A stretch of DNA of 64,000 bases. Origin: Verrucomicrobiales bacterium (GTDB lineage Bacteria; Verrucomicrobiota; Verrucomicrobiia; Limisphaerales; JAYPXF01). Under the pieces are notes generated by a model that worked only from the letters and a program-made list of their open reading frames with translations, was not told where the DNA came from and searched no databases. Positions 10,942-19,946 of the stretch are shown piece after piece; position 1 is the first letter of the stretch; every line of letters starts with the position of its first letter. The translations under genes were made by a program, and so were the position numbers. The DNA lies in the NCBI GenBank assembly GCA_002715965.1, contig PBAL01000085.1, forward strand, positions 905 through 64,904. The letters are read 5' to 3'.

Positions 10942-12372
10942 TTAGGGGAAAATTCCCAAGTCGAGGTAGGTCTTGGCAACCTTCTGAATCGCGAAGCTGA
11001 ATGCTGCGGTGCGCAGGTCCGGCAGGCAGTGATTCTTCCATTCCCGATGAACGTTGCGATAGCCGCTGATCATTGATTGATCCAGCGCGTGAACGACGAG
11101 ATCGAATTCCGAGGGTCCCTGGGCAGTTGTATGACGCAAATCTTCCGGGAAGCTCTTGCCCGTCAGTTCCTCGACTGCGGACATCATTCGCTCGTTCGAA
11201 TCCTCAGCGTAACGTTTGACCATGCGATCGAAACTCACGTGCGAGAGATTCTTGAGCCATTCAAAGTAGGAGACCGTCACACCTCCGGCGTTCAGAAAGA
11301 CATCCGGTATGATGAACTTGCCGTTCGCCAGCAGGATTTCCTCGGCGGAAGATGTCACCGGACCATTGGCGGCCTCGGCAATGATCTTGGCCTTGATGCG
11401 CGACGCATTGTCCTGGGTGATTTGATTTTCCAGCGCGGCCGGCACAAGGATATCGCAATCTTCCTCCAAGAGCTCCAATGAGCTGGGAACGTTCTTCGCG
11501 CCGGGAAAATCCAGAATGGACCCGTGGCCTTGCCGATGATTGAAGACTGAAACGACATCAAGCCCGTCTGGGTTGAAGATTCCACCTTCGCGTTCGGCGA
11601 TGCCGGTAATGATCGCGCGCCCTCGTTCCTGGAAGAATCGCGCGGTATGGTAGCCGACGTTCCCGAGCCCCTGCACGATGACACGTTTGTTGGCCACGCC
11701 CGTTGCCAAGCCCAGCTTTTTCATGTCCTCAGCCTGATCGAGCGCTTCACAAACACCAAAGTAAACCCCCAAACCGGTGGCCTCGCGCCGGCCGGGGATT
11801 CCGTGAATTGACAGTGGTTTCCCCGTTACACAGGCATAGCTGTGTAGTTGTTCCGGATTGAGGGCCTTGAAGGTATCGGCGATCCAGCCCATCTCTTGTT
11901 CGCCCGTGCCGTAATCCGGCGCGGGAACATCCACTGCTGGCCCAATGAAGTTCTTCTTGATCAGTTCCGCAGTGTAACGACGCGTGACACGTTCACGAAA
12001 TCCCTCCGAGCAGGTCGTTGGGTCAATGCGGACCCCGCCTTTGGCACCACCAAAGGGCACGTCCACGATGGCGCATTTGTAGGTCATCAAGGCGGCCAGC
12101 GCGATGGTCTCGTCCATCGTGACGAAGGGGCTGAAGCGGATGCCACCCTTGGTCGGCAACCGGTGGTGACTGTGTTCCGCTCGAAATGCCTCCACCACCG
12201 CGATCTCGCCGTCATCCTGCTTCACCGGGAAGCGCATGCGATATACGCCGGCACAACATTTTACCTGGTAGAGCAGGCCGGGGCTGAAGCCGGTGTAAGG
12301 GCCCGCCTTGTCGAAGTAGGTGGAGACAGATTCGAGGAATGGGTCCGGCTTTTGACTGCGCGGCACTTGCAT
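10942..12372 (-). CDS. Glutamate dehydrogenase (Glu/Leu/Phe/Val dehydrogenase family)
   Basis: Motifs LPTKGGIRFSP and VPFGGAKGGVRIDP, plus a Rossmann segment VIVQGLGNVGYH. I chose the start MQVPRSQKPDPF (ATG at 12370-12372). The 157 upstream codons of the ORF-track call are low-complexity and overlap the divergent antiporter gene. Confidence 0.9.
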   Translation of the reverse strand: MQVPRSQKPDPFLESVSTYFDKAGPYTGFSPGLLYQVKCCAGVYRMRFPVKQDDGEIAVVEAFRAEHSHHRLPTKGGIRFSPFVTMDETIALAALMTYKCAIVDVPFGGAKGGVRIDPTTCSEGFRERVTRRYTAELIKKNFIGPAVDVPAPDYGTGEQEMGWIADTFKALNPEQLHSYACVTGKPLSIHGIPGRREATGLGVYFGVCEALDQAEDMKKLGLATGVANKRVIVQGLGNVGYHTARFFQERGRAIITGIAEREGGIFNPDGLDVVSVFNHRQGHGSILDFPGAKNVPSSLELLEEDCDILVPAALENQITQDNASRIKAKIIAEAANGPVTSSAEEILLANGKFIIPDVFLNAGGVTVSYFEWLKNLSHVSFDRMVKRYAEDSNERMMSAVEELTGKSFPEDLRHTTAQGPSEFDLVVHALDQSMISGYRNVHREWKNHCLPDLRTAAFSFAIQKVAKTYLDLGIFP

Positions 12373-12516
12373 GAGCGGATGTGCGGGGGATGATGCGTTG
12401 GATCGGATATCGACGCAAGGCTGGGTTGGGAGTTCCTGCCTGTCTCCTAACTTCCATCTTCTGTCCCCCGATCCGCCTTGATTCCACGCGTCGTTCCACC
12501 AAGACTTCGCGGGCCA

Positions 12517-14364
12517 ATGAGCGAACAACTCTTGCAAAGTCTGGCGTGGCTTGCGGTTCTCGGCGCGGGATCGCAGTGGTTGGCGTGGCGGCTTCATCTT
12601 CCCTCGATTCTGATCCTTTTGATCGTCGGATTCTGCGCCGGCCCGCTCACCGGCCTGATTAAACCAGATCTGTTGCTGGGTGATCTCCTGATGCCCTTTG
12701 TTTCCGTCGCCGTGTCTTTGATCATGTTCGAAGGGGGACTCACATTGAAGTTTCACGAGTTGAAGGATATTGGCCGCGTCGTTCGGAACCTCCTCACCAT
12801 CGGCGCCGTCGTAACCTGGCTGGGTGCATCCGCAGCGGCCCACTTCGCGCTAGGTTGGAGCAAGGGATTGTCCGCGGTGTTCGGCGCCATCGTGGTCGTC
12901 ACCGGCCCGACCGTGATTGGTCCCCTGCTCCGCATCGTACAGCCGACCCGCCAGGTATCATCGATTCTCAAGTGGGAAGGCATCGTGATTGACCCTGTGG
13001 GCGCTGTGCTCGCGCTGCTGGTATTCAAGGCGGTCGTAGCGGGACAAGGCATCGAGGGGTTCTCCGGAATTGCAGCCAAGGGATTCGCCAAGACCATTCT
13101 CGTGGGAGGCTTGCTCGGTGTCCTGGGGGGAGAGTTCCTTCGACAAGTCTTGAAGCGCTATTGGGTGCCCGACTATCTACAGAGCGCGGTAACGCTGATG
13201 ACGGTCGTGGGACTGTTCACGGTCTCTGACCACTTCCAACATGAATCGGGCCTGCTGACGGTCACCATCATGGGCATCTGGCTGGCCAACCAGAAGAACG
13301 CGGACGTAAGTTCGGTGTTGGAATTCAAGGAGAACCTTCGCGTGCTGTTGATCGCCGTTCTGTTCATCCTGCTGGCCGCCCGTGTGGAACTCCAGGCAAT
13401 GAAGAGCGTTCCGATCGGTGGAGTGTTCGCACTGCTTGCGATCATGATGTTCCTCGTTCGCCCTCTGAGCGTGATGGTATCAGCAGCTGGGTCCAAGTTG
13501 ACCGTGAAGGAACGCTGCTTCATTTCCTGGATGGCACCACGCGGTATCGTTGCAGCCGCGGTCGCCTCCATCTTTGCCGTTCGACTCGTCGAAGCAAAAG
13601 TGCCCCGCGCCGAAGAACTGGTTCCGGTGACGTTCTTCCTGATCATCGGCACCGTCGCGATCTATGGACTGACGGCCGTTCCGGTCGCCAAAGCCCTGGG
13701 AGTCTCCTCACCCAATCCGCAGGGCATTCTGTTTGGTGGCGCCAATCGCGTGGTGCGGCTGATCGCCAGGGCATTGCATGAGGAAGGCATCACTGTGCTG
13801 CTGGTCGATACGAATCGCCAAAACCTCCTCGCCGCACGGATGGACGGGCTTCCGACCCATTATGGGAGCGTCCTTTCCGAACACACCCTGGATCATCTCG
13901 ATCTCTCAGGCATCGGACGGCTTCTCGCGATGACCCCGAATGCCAGCGTCAATTCGCTGGCCGCCGTGCAATTCAAGGAAGTCTTCGGACGTCCCGGCGT
14001 TTACCTATTGCCGCCAGACAAGCGCAATGGCTCTTCCCAGCAACGCTTTGAGCCCAGCCAACGCGGGCGGGTCCTCTTCTCCTCCGACTCGAGTTTCATG
14101 ATGCTTCAGACGCGCCTGGATATCGGGGCGGAAATTCGCAAGACCCAATTGACTGAAGAGTTCACCTTCGACGACTTCCGCACGCATCACGGAGCGAGCG
14201 CGCTTCCGCTGTTCCTCGTCAATCCCAAAGGTGAACTGCGTGTGTTCTCCGAAGATCATCCCCCCACACCGGCAAACAGTTGGACCCTCGTCAGCCTGAT
14301 CGGCGGCGCTCCGACTGACGCTGACACACGTGTCACCCGATCGGATGATGGCGAGAATCCGTAA
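12517..14364 (+). CDS. CPA1-family cation:proton antiporter (Na+/H+ exchanger) with C-terminal RCK/TrkA-like domains
   Basis: About 12 TM helices, with HLPSILILLIVGFCAGP typical of Na_H_Exchanger. The cytoplasmic tail (GILFGGANRVVRLIARALHEEGITVLLVD) resembles TrkA_N. The ATG at 12517 (MSEQLL) is preferred over the TTG at 12478. Confidence 0.85.
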   Translation: MSEQLLQSLAWLAVLGAGSQWLAWRLHLPSILILLIVGFCAGPLTGLIKPDLLLGDLLMPFVSVAVSLIMFEGGLTLKFHELKDIGRVVRNLLTIGAVVTWLGASAAAHFALGWSKGLSAVFGAIVVVTGPTVIGPLLRIVQPTRQVSSILKWEGIVIDPVGAVLALLVFKAVVAGQGIEGFSGIAAKGFAKTILVGGLLGVLGGEFLRQVLKRYWVPDYLQSAVTLMTVVGLFTVSDHFQHESGLLTVTIMGIWLANQKNADVSSVLEFKENLRVLLIAVLFILLAARVELQAMKSVPIGGVFALLAIMMFLVRPLSVMVSAAGSKLTVKERCFISWMAPRGIVAAAVASIFAVRLVEAKVPRAEELVPVTFFLIIGTVAIYGLTAVPVAKALGVSSPNPQGILFGGANRVVRLIARALHEEGITVLLVDTNRQNLLAARMDGLPTHYGSVLSEHTLDHLDLSGIGRLLAMTPNASVNSLAAVQFKEVFGRPGVYLLPPDKRNGSSQQRFEPSQRGRVLFSSDSSFMMLQTRLDIGAEIRKTQLTEEFTFDDFRTHHGASALPLFLVNPKGELRVFSEDHPPTPANSWTLVSLIGGAPTDADTRVTRSDDGENP

Positions 14365-14617
14365 AGTTCGGTATGGATACCGCAGGTAATGGAAAGGAAC
14401 TTCTACCGCCAACACAGGGGAAACTTTGCATTGCGGGAAAGTTGACAATAAAGTTGATTGGCAGCTGGGGTAACCTGCACCAATTGAGAGATGTGTCCGA
14501 ATGAACCAGTCAGAACAGTGGCTGCAAATGCTCTCCAGCCTGATGGATCGCGTGACTGGTGAAAATGACGGTGCAACGACACCCCGCTCCGAACCGCGGG
14601 CCGTCGTCTGAAAAGTC

Positions 14618-14989
14618 ATGCCAAGAATTCTACTGGTCGAAGACAACGAACTGAACCGCGACATGCTGAGCCGCAGGCTCAAACGACGTGGTTTCGATGT
14701 CCTCATCGCGGTAGACGGCGAAGAAGGCATCGACTTGGCCACCAGGGAATCGCCCGACCTGATTTTAATGGACGTGGGACTTCCTGTTATTGACGGCTAC
14801 GAATCCACGCGCAGAATCAAGGCACTTGATTCGACATCAAAAATTCCCATCATCGCGCTGACCGCGCACGCCATGCCGGAGGAGGAGGCAAGGGCTCGAG
14901 ACGCCGGTTGCGATGATTTCGACACAAAACCTGTCGAACTGCCCCGACTGCTGGAAAAAATAAACCGGCTGCTGCCCGCTGAGGGCTGA
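14618..14989 (+). CDS. Single-domain response regulator (CheY-like receiver)
   Basis: RILLVEDNELNRDML...DLILMDVGLPVIDG...PIIALTAHA...K is the canonical REC signature. Its stop lies 2 nt before the next gene. Confidence 0.9.
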   Translation: MPRILLVEDNELNRDMLSRRLKRRGFDVLIAVDGEEGIDLATRESPDLILMDVGLPVIDGYESTRRIKALDSTSKIPIIALTAHAMPEEEARARDAGCDDFDTKPVELPRLLEKINRLLPAEG

Positions 14990-14991
14990 AC

Positions 14992-16569
14992 ATGAGCAAC
15001 GGTTCACCATTCGAACCAATACCCGACAAAGACGTGGCCCGAATGCGCCACGATCTGCGTGCGCCCTTGAACCATATCCTCGGATACAGTGAGATCCTAC
15101 TTGAGGACTTGGATGGTAATCTGCGTGATTCGATGATAGGCGATCTGAACAAGATCCAAACCGGCGGGCGTCAATTGCTCGACCTCATCACCGAACATCT
15201 CGGGCAAAACGCAACCGTCACCTCGCAAAGTCTCTCGGACATGTACTCCGCCTGTCGCGTGCCCATCAATAACATCATGGGCTACACCGAGATCCTCAAA
15301 GAACAGGCAGTAGAGACTGACGAAACCGACTGGGAGGCGGACATCCTCAAGATTGCCAAGGCCGCCCAGACGTGGTTTGAGCTTGCCAGCAGATTTCTCG
15401 TGCCCCGGAGCCAGATCAATTCCACCAAGCGTTTCCGTAGCTCTGCGCAAGCCGCGGAAGCAACCTCCACCCCCGCGGACACCGTCTTCATCGCCAAGGC
15501 GATCGACAGCGAAAACAGCCTGCACGGCCGGCTGCTCGTGGTGGATGATGACGCCAATAGTCGTGAGCTTCTGGCCCGGCGTCTCACCCGGCACGGACAC
15601 ACCGTCATAACCGCTTCATCCGGGGAAGAAGCCTTGGATCGACTGGAAAAAGAGACGGTCGATCTGCTTCTGCTGGACGTGATGATGCCCGGCCTCAACG
15701 GGGACAAAGTCCTCGAACGGGTGAAAAAGAACCCGGTGATGAAAGACCTCCCGGTCATCATGATTTCGGCATCCGACAAATTGGATGCCGTCATTCGCTG
15801 CATCTCGTTGGGCGCGGAGGACTATCTGCCCAAGCCCTGTGACCCCGTATTGCTACAGGTCAGGATCCAGACCGTCCTGGACAAGAAACGCCTGCGCGAC
15901 AAGGAACAGGTGATGCTCCACGAATTGAAAACCGCGCAGGAAAAGACCGACGCGCTGCTGCTGAACATCCTCCCCGCGCCCATCGCCGACCGGCTGAAGA
16001 ACCACGAGAGCCCGATCGTCGACACGCCCAGCGAGGTCACCGTTCTGTTTGCAGACGTGGCTGGCTTTTCCTCAATGTTTCAGGAGCTGTCTGCATTGGA
16101 GATTGTCTCAATGCTCGATCGGGTGTTCTCGGACTTCGACCAGCTGGCGCAGGAACAGGATCTCGAAAAGATCAAGACGATTGGCGATGCCTACATGGCC
16201 GTGGGTGGAATTCCACATCATCGGGAAGATCATGCTGAAGCGGTTGCCGACTTCGCGCTGAACCTCGTGACCCATTTCAATGAAATCATGGAGAAGGAGG
16301 ATCGCCCCCTCCAGCTGCGCATCGGCATTGACACCGGCCCGGTCATCGCGGGAGTGATCGGCCAGAACAAATTCAGTTACGACCTCTGGGGTGATACCGT
16401 GAACACCGCGAGCCGGATGGAGTCTCTGGGCGAACCCGGCCGTATTCAGGTCAGTGAACGGACATACGAACGTCTCAAAGACGATTATGAGTGTGAAGAA
16501 CGCGGTGATATCAAGGTGAAGGGAAAAGGCAAGATGAACACCTGGTGGCTGTTGGCGCGCAAGAGCTGA
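14992..16569 (+). CDS. Hybrid signalling protein: HisKA-like H-box, degenerate H-box, receiver, class III adenylate cyclase
   Basis: H-box RMRHDLRAPLNHILGYSEIL (His codon at 15049-15051). A second copy, YSACRVPINNIMGYTEIL, lacks the His. REC: LLVVDDDANSRELL...LLLLDVMMPG. Cyclase: VTVLFADVAGFS...KTIGDAYMAVGG...YDLWGDTVNTASRMES. No HATPase_c motifs were seen. Confidence 0.85.
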   Translation: MSNGSPFEPIPDKDVARMRHDLRAPLNHILGYSEILLEDLDGNLRDSMIGDLNKIQTGGRQLLDLITEHLGQNATVTSQSLSDMYSACRVPINNIMGYTEILKEQAVETDETDWEADILKIAKAAQTWFELASRFLVPRSQINSTKRFRSSAQAAEATSTPADTVFIAKAIDSENSLHGRLLVVDDDANSRELLARRLTRHGHTVITASSGEEALDRLEKETVDLLLLDVMMPGLNGDKVLERVKKNPVMKDLPVIMISASDKLDAVIRCISLGAEDYLPKPCDPVLLQVRIQTVLDKKRLRDKEQVMLHELKTAQEKTDALLLNILPAPIADRLKNHESPIVDTPSEVTVLFADVAGFSSMFQELSALEIVSMLDRVFSDFDQLAQEQDLEKIKTIGDAYMAVGGIPHHREDHAEAVADFALNLVTHFNEIMEKEDRPLQLRIGIDTGPVIAGVIGQNKFSYDLWGDTVNTASRMESLGEPGRIQVSERTYERLKDDYECEERGDIKVKGKGKMNTWWLLARKS

Positions 16570-16613
16570 GGTCGTGGGCGGAGCCGGCTCGCACATCAGA
16601 CTTTTCGCACCAA

Positions 16614-17582
16614 CTACCCGCTCCACAAATCAGTGCTGAGGTATTTCAACCCGGAATCGCAGATCAGGACGGCGACCGTCTTTCCCTCCATCTCACCCTC
16701 AAGCAACCGAATCGCTGCCGCGACATTTGCACCCGAAGAGAAACCCGCAAAGATTCCCTCCTCCTTAGCCAGGGCACGTGCGGTCTGAATGGCCGTTTGA
16801 CCTCCCACCCGGACAAACCCATCGATCAGAGCGCGATCGATCATGGTCAGTTCCGCGATCGCGTAACCGCCCCCCTGGATTGGGTGATCCGGCTTGGCAA
16901 GCGCCTCTCCGGCGATCACTGCCGCCCCCTCGGGTTCAATGACAAAACATCGAATCTGCTCATTGGCTTCCTTGAACGCCCGTGCGCATCCGCCAAAACT
17001 TCCCCCACTTCCAACAAAATCACAGAACGCATCCAGTTGACCGCCGCACTGACGAAGGATCTCCGGTCCGGTGCGCAGATAGTGAGCGCGACGGTTGCCT
17101 TCCGATTCAAACTGATCGGCTCGAAAACCGCTGCGCTCTTCGACAATCCGACCCGCCTCCGCATCCACCAGCTTCAGATCCTCACCGGTCACCACGCCGT
17201 CTGCCGAACCGGGAAGTTGATCCACCAAGACCACTTCCGCTCCGAGCGCGCGCATCATTCGCGCCCGTTCCGGTGTGTTTCCACGCGACATCACCGCCAC
17301 AAACGGATACGCCTTCACCCCGCAAACGATCGCCAGCCCCGTGCCCGTGTTGCCACTCGTCATTTCAACAACGGTCTGCCCCGGCCGCAGCACCCCATCT
17401 GCCTCAGCATCCTCAATGATCTGCCGTGCGACCCGATCCTTTTTCGAAAAACCGGGATTCAGATGGTCCAGCTTTGCCAGAATCCGACCCGACAATCCAC
17501 GATTCTGCACCAGGCGCGACAACTCAACCAGGGGCGTTTCTCCAATGGCCTCGACGGTGGAATTCAGAAGCGGACGTGACAT
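16614..17582 (-). CDS. cysK: Cysteine synthase (O-acetylserine sulfhydrylase, PLP fold type II)
   Basis: MSRPLLNSTVEAIGETPLVEL..., PLP-lysine motif NPGFSKKDR and SGNTGTGLA. ATG at 17580-17582 is preferred over 17618. TAG stop. Confidence 0.9.
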   Translation of the reverse strand: MSRPLLNSTVEAIGETPLVELSRLVQNRGLSGRILAKLDHLNPGFSKKDRVARQIIEDAEADGVLRPGQTVVEMTSGNTGTGLAIVCGVKAYPFVAVMSRGNTPERARMMRALGAEVVLVDQLPGSADGVVTGEDLKLVDAEAGRIVEERSGFRADQFESEGNRRAHYLRTGPEILRQCGGQLDAFCDFVGSGGSFGGCARAFKEANEQIRCFVIEPEGAAVIAGEALAKPDHPIQGGGYAIAELTMIDRALIDGFVRVGGQTAIQTARALAKEEGIFAGFSSGANVAAAIRLLEGEMEGKTVAVLICDSGLKYLSTDLWSG

Positions 17583-18052
17583 GTGCGATAGATTGTAACA
17601 GCCGCAGCAATCAATCAATTACCGCGAATCGCAACTCATGTATGGAATTAATAGTGGTGGCACAATAGCAAGAGGTCCTTCAACTGAACCCGTATGTCTT
17701 CTCACACACTCGCCTCGGATTTTCGCGCCCTCCACCACCCACGGACAATCGGGGAGCACTCCACCTCCGATCCCGTACAGACTTTGAGAAATTTGGTGAC
17801 CAACTGGCTGGAAGGTGGATCAAAGACAATCCGCAAATGTCGTCTACGCCGGCAAGTGGCACGGCGCCTGATTACCGCCGCTACTACCAGTGGGATCTTG
17901 ATAAAAATCTTCTTTTATCGGGGTCTGTTAATTATTTCTGACAAGTATGGCAGATTCGCAAACCAAGAGTCATAAATCATTGGTTCTATTAGATTTGCGC
18001 AAGAGTCAACCCAGCCGCTGGTCAAATTTCTGCGGCAGATAGCGCCACCAAT

Positions 18053-19255
18053 TCAAAGTGTGATCATATCCGCCACCTGGGAGACGTCCTTGTCGCCACG
18101 GCCGGAGACGTTGACGATGATCAGGTCGTCGGACGACATCTTCGGCGCTTGTTCGATACAGCCGGCAATCGCGTGTGCGGATTCCAAGGCAGGAATAATT
18201 CCCTCCAGTCGAGCCAGGCTCTGAAACGCGTCCAGCGCCTGTTGGTCGGTCGCGTAGGTGTAATCGACGCGATCATGATCACGAAGCCAGGCGTGTTCCG
18301 GTCCCACTGATGCGTAGTCCAGACCCGCGGAAACGCTATGGGTCAGCTGGATCTGGCCGTGTTCGTCCTGAAGCAGATACGAGCGAGCGCCCTGCAGTAC
18401 GCCAAGCGAACCACCTTGGAATCGAGCAGCATGCTTACCCTCCTCAATCCCCTCCCCGCCTGCTTCGACCCCCAGCATGTTCACCGACTCGTCCCTCAAG
18501 AAGGGATAGAACAAGCCCATCGCATTTGAGCCACCACCCACACAGGCGATCAATAGATTCGGCAGGCGTTCCTCCTGCTCCATGATCTGACGGCGGGCTT
18601 CATCGCCAATCACCCGATGGAAGTTTCGAACCATCATCGGATAGGGGTGCGAACCATAAACCGTTCCAAGAATGTAGTGTGTGCTGCGGACATTGGTCAC
18701 CCAATCCCGCATCGCCTCGCTGATGGCTTCCTTCAAGGTCTGTTGCCCCGCCTTCACCGGCACCACCTCGGCGCCGAGCATCTTCATGCGAAAGACGTTC
18801 AGCTTCTGACGTTCGCAATCAACCGCCCCCATGTAGACGACACATTCCAAACCAAACATCGCGGCAACGGTCGCGGTGGCTACGCCATGTTGTCCGGCTC
18901 CAGTCTCGGCGATGACGCGTTTCTTGCCCATGCGTTTGGCGAGCAGCACCTGGCCAATGCAGTTGTTGATCTTGTGCGCGCCGGTGTGAAGCAGGTCTTC
19001 GCGCTTCAGGTAAATCTTTGCCCCTCCTAGTTCACGCGTCAGCCGTTCGGCGTGATAAAGCGGAGTGGGCCGACCGACAAATTCGCGCAGGTAGTATTCA
19101 AATTCACGTTGAAACTCCGGATCCAGCTGGGCCTTTGCGTATTCCTCCTCCAATTCCTGGAGGGGATGAAACAATGTCTCGGGCACGTACTTGCCCCCGT
19201 ATGGGCCGAAATGCCCATCGGTATCCGGCACTGACAACAGTTCTTCTTCGGTCAT
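18053..19255 (-). CDS. trpB: Tryptophan synthase beta chain
   Basis: [24 protein letters not shown] and GGGSNAMG motifs; 400 aa (TrpB1 length). Confidence 0.95.
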   Translation of the reverse strand: MTEEELLSVPDTDGHFGPYGGKYVPETLFHPLQELEEEYAKAQLDPEFQREFEYYLREFVGRPTPLYHAERLTRELGGAKIYLKREDLLHTGAHKINNCIGQVLLAKRMGKKRVIAETGAGQHGVATATVAAMFGLECVVYMGAVDCERQKLNVFRMKMLGAEVVPVKAGQQTLKEAISEAMRDWVTNVRSTHYILGTVYGSHPYPMMVRNFHRVIGDEARRQIMEQEERLPNLLIACVGGGSNAMGLFYPFLRDESVNMLGVEAGGEGIEEGKHAARFQGGSLGVLQGARSYLLQDEHGQIQLTHSVSAGLDYASVGPEHAWLRDHDRVDYTYATDQQALDAFQSLARLEGIIPALESAHAIAGCIEQAPKMSSDDLIIVNVSGRGDKDVSQVADMITL

Positions 19256-19357
19256 CGCGCGCGGAACATAGCCGTGGAACGAAGGGGCGTCGAGGAAGTC
19301 ATTGGGAGCAGTTGACCGAGTATTACAGGAGTGGCTATTTTGATCCCATGAACTGGG

Positions 19358-19921
19358 TTGGAACGCTCGATCCGATCTGCGGATGCAGACTTCCTGTCGC
19401 GCGAACTGCGTTCAGAGATAAAACACGAATACCTCGCGGGAGCGGCGCACGCCAAAGCGGATACGTCTAATCGACACAACGCAATCGCTGGTAACATAAT
19501 CACAACGCTCCACACACAACTGCGCGGAAATGCGTTCAAGCCTTGGAATTCAGACACCAAGGTCCGCCTAAGATTACGTAACGGCACACGCTTCTACTAT
19601 CCCGATGCGATGGTTGTGTGCCGCCCGAACCCAGAATCCTGGAGCTATCAGGATGATCCATCGGTAATTGTCGAAGTCATCTCTGATTCCACACGCCGAA
19701 CAGACGAAGGCGAGAAGCGGGACGCTTACCTGACGATTCCCGGTTTGAGCGCCTGTCTCATGGCCGAACAAAACTCTCCCACCGTATTCGTCATGCGAAG
19801 GACAACCGCTGGATTCGTTCGGGAGAATTACGTTGGACCAGATGCAGAGATCTCCCTACCTGATATCGATGCCACATTGGCGCTCTCGGAACTCTACGAG
19901 GGTATCGAATTCGATTCGTAG
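19358..19921 (+). CDS. Uma2-family (DUF820) putative restriction-endonuclease-like protein
   Basis: ...[24 protein letters not shown]...PDAMVVC...[24 protein letters not shown] matches the PD-(D/E)xK pattern of Uma2 proteins. Confidence 0.75.
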   Translation: MERSIRSADADFLSRELRSEIKHEYLAGAAHAKADTSNRHNAIAGNIITTLHTQLRGNAFKPWNSDTKVRLRLRNGTRFYYPDAMVVCRPNPESWSYQDDPSVIVEVISDSTRRTDEGEKRDAYLTIPGLSACLMAEQNSPTVFVMRRTTAGFVRENYVGPDAEISLPDIDATLALSELYEGIEFDS

Positions 19922-19946
19922 ACTTCGCCCAGGGCTCCTGCGACGG

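Noticed and set aside
12373-12843. N-terminal extensions proposed by the ORF track: GDH to 12843, spermidine-synthase-like gene to 7574, rpoD to 36661, sulfatases to 30313 and 55024, PQQ-like gene to 63662, methyltransferase to 23803.
   Set aside because: The extensions are low-complexity, overlap divergent or upstream genes, or precede an obvious signal peptide or canonical family N-terminus at an internal ATG. I used the internal starts, though exact starts remain uncertain.
14501-14611. A 36-codon ORF (MNQSEQWLQMLSSLMDRVTGENDGATTPRSEPRAVV) ending 6 nt before the response-regulator gene.
   Set aside because: It has no recognisable motif, no clear ribosome-binding site, and is too short to distinguish from chance. 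Worth revisiting only if ribosome profiling or conservation supports it.
17694-17975. 93-aa ORF (and 60-aa ORF 17680..17862 on the other strand) in the trpB-cysK gap.
   Set aside because: Composition and codon pattern do not look coding, there are no motifs, and part lies in the AT-rich segment. I treat it as non-coding leader/spacer.
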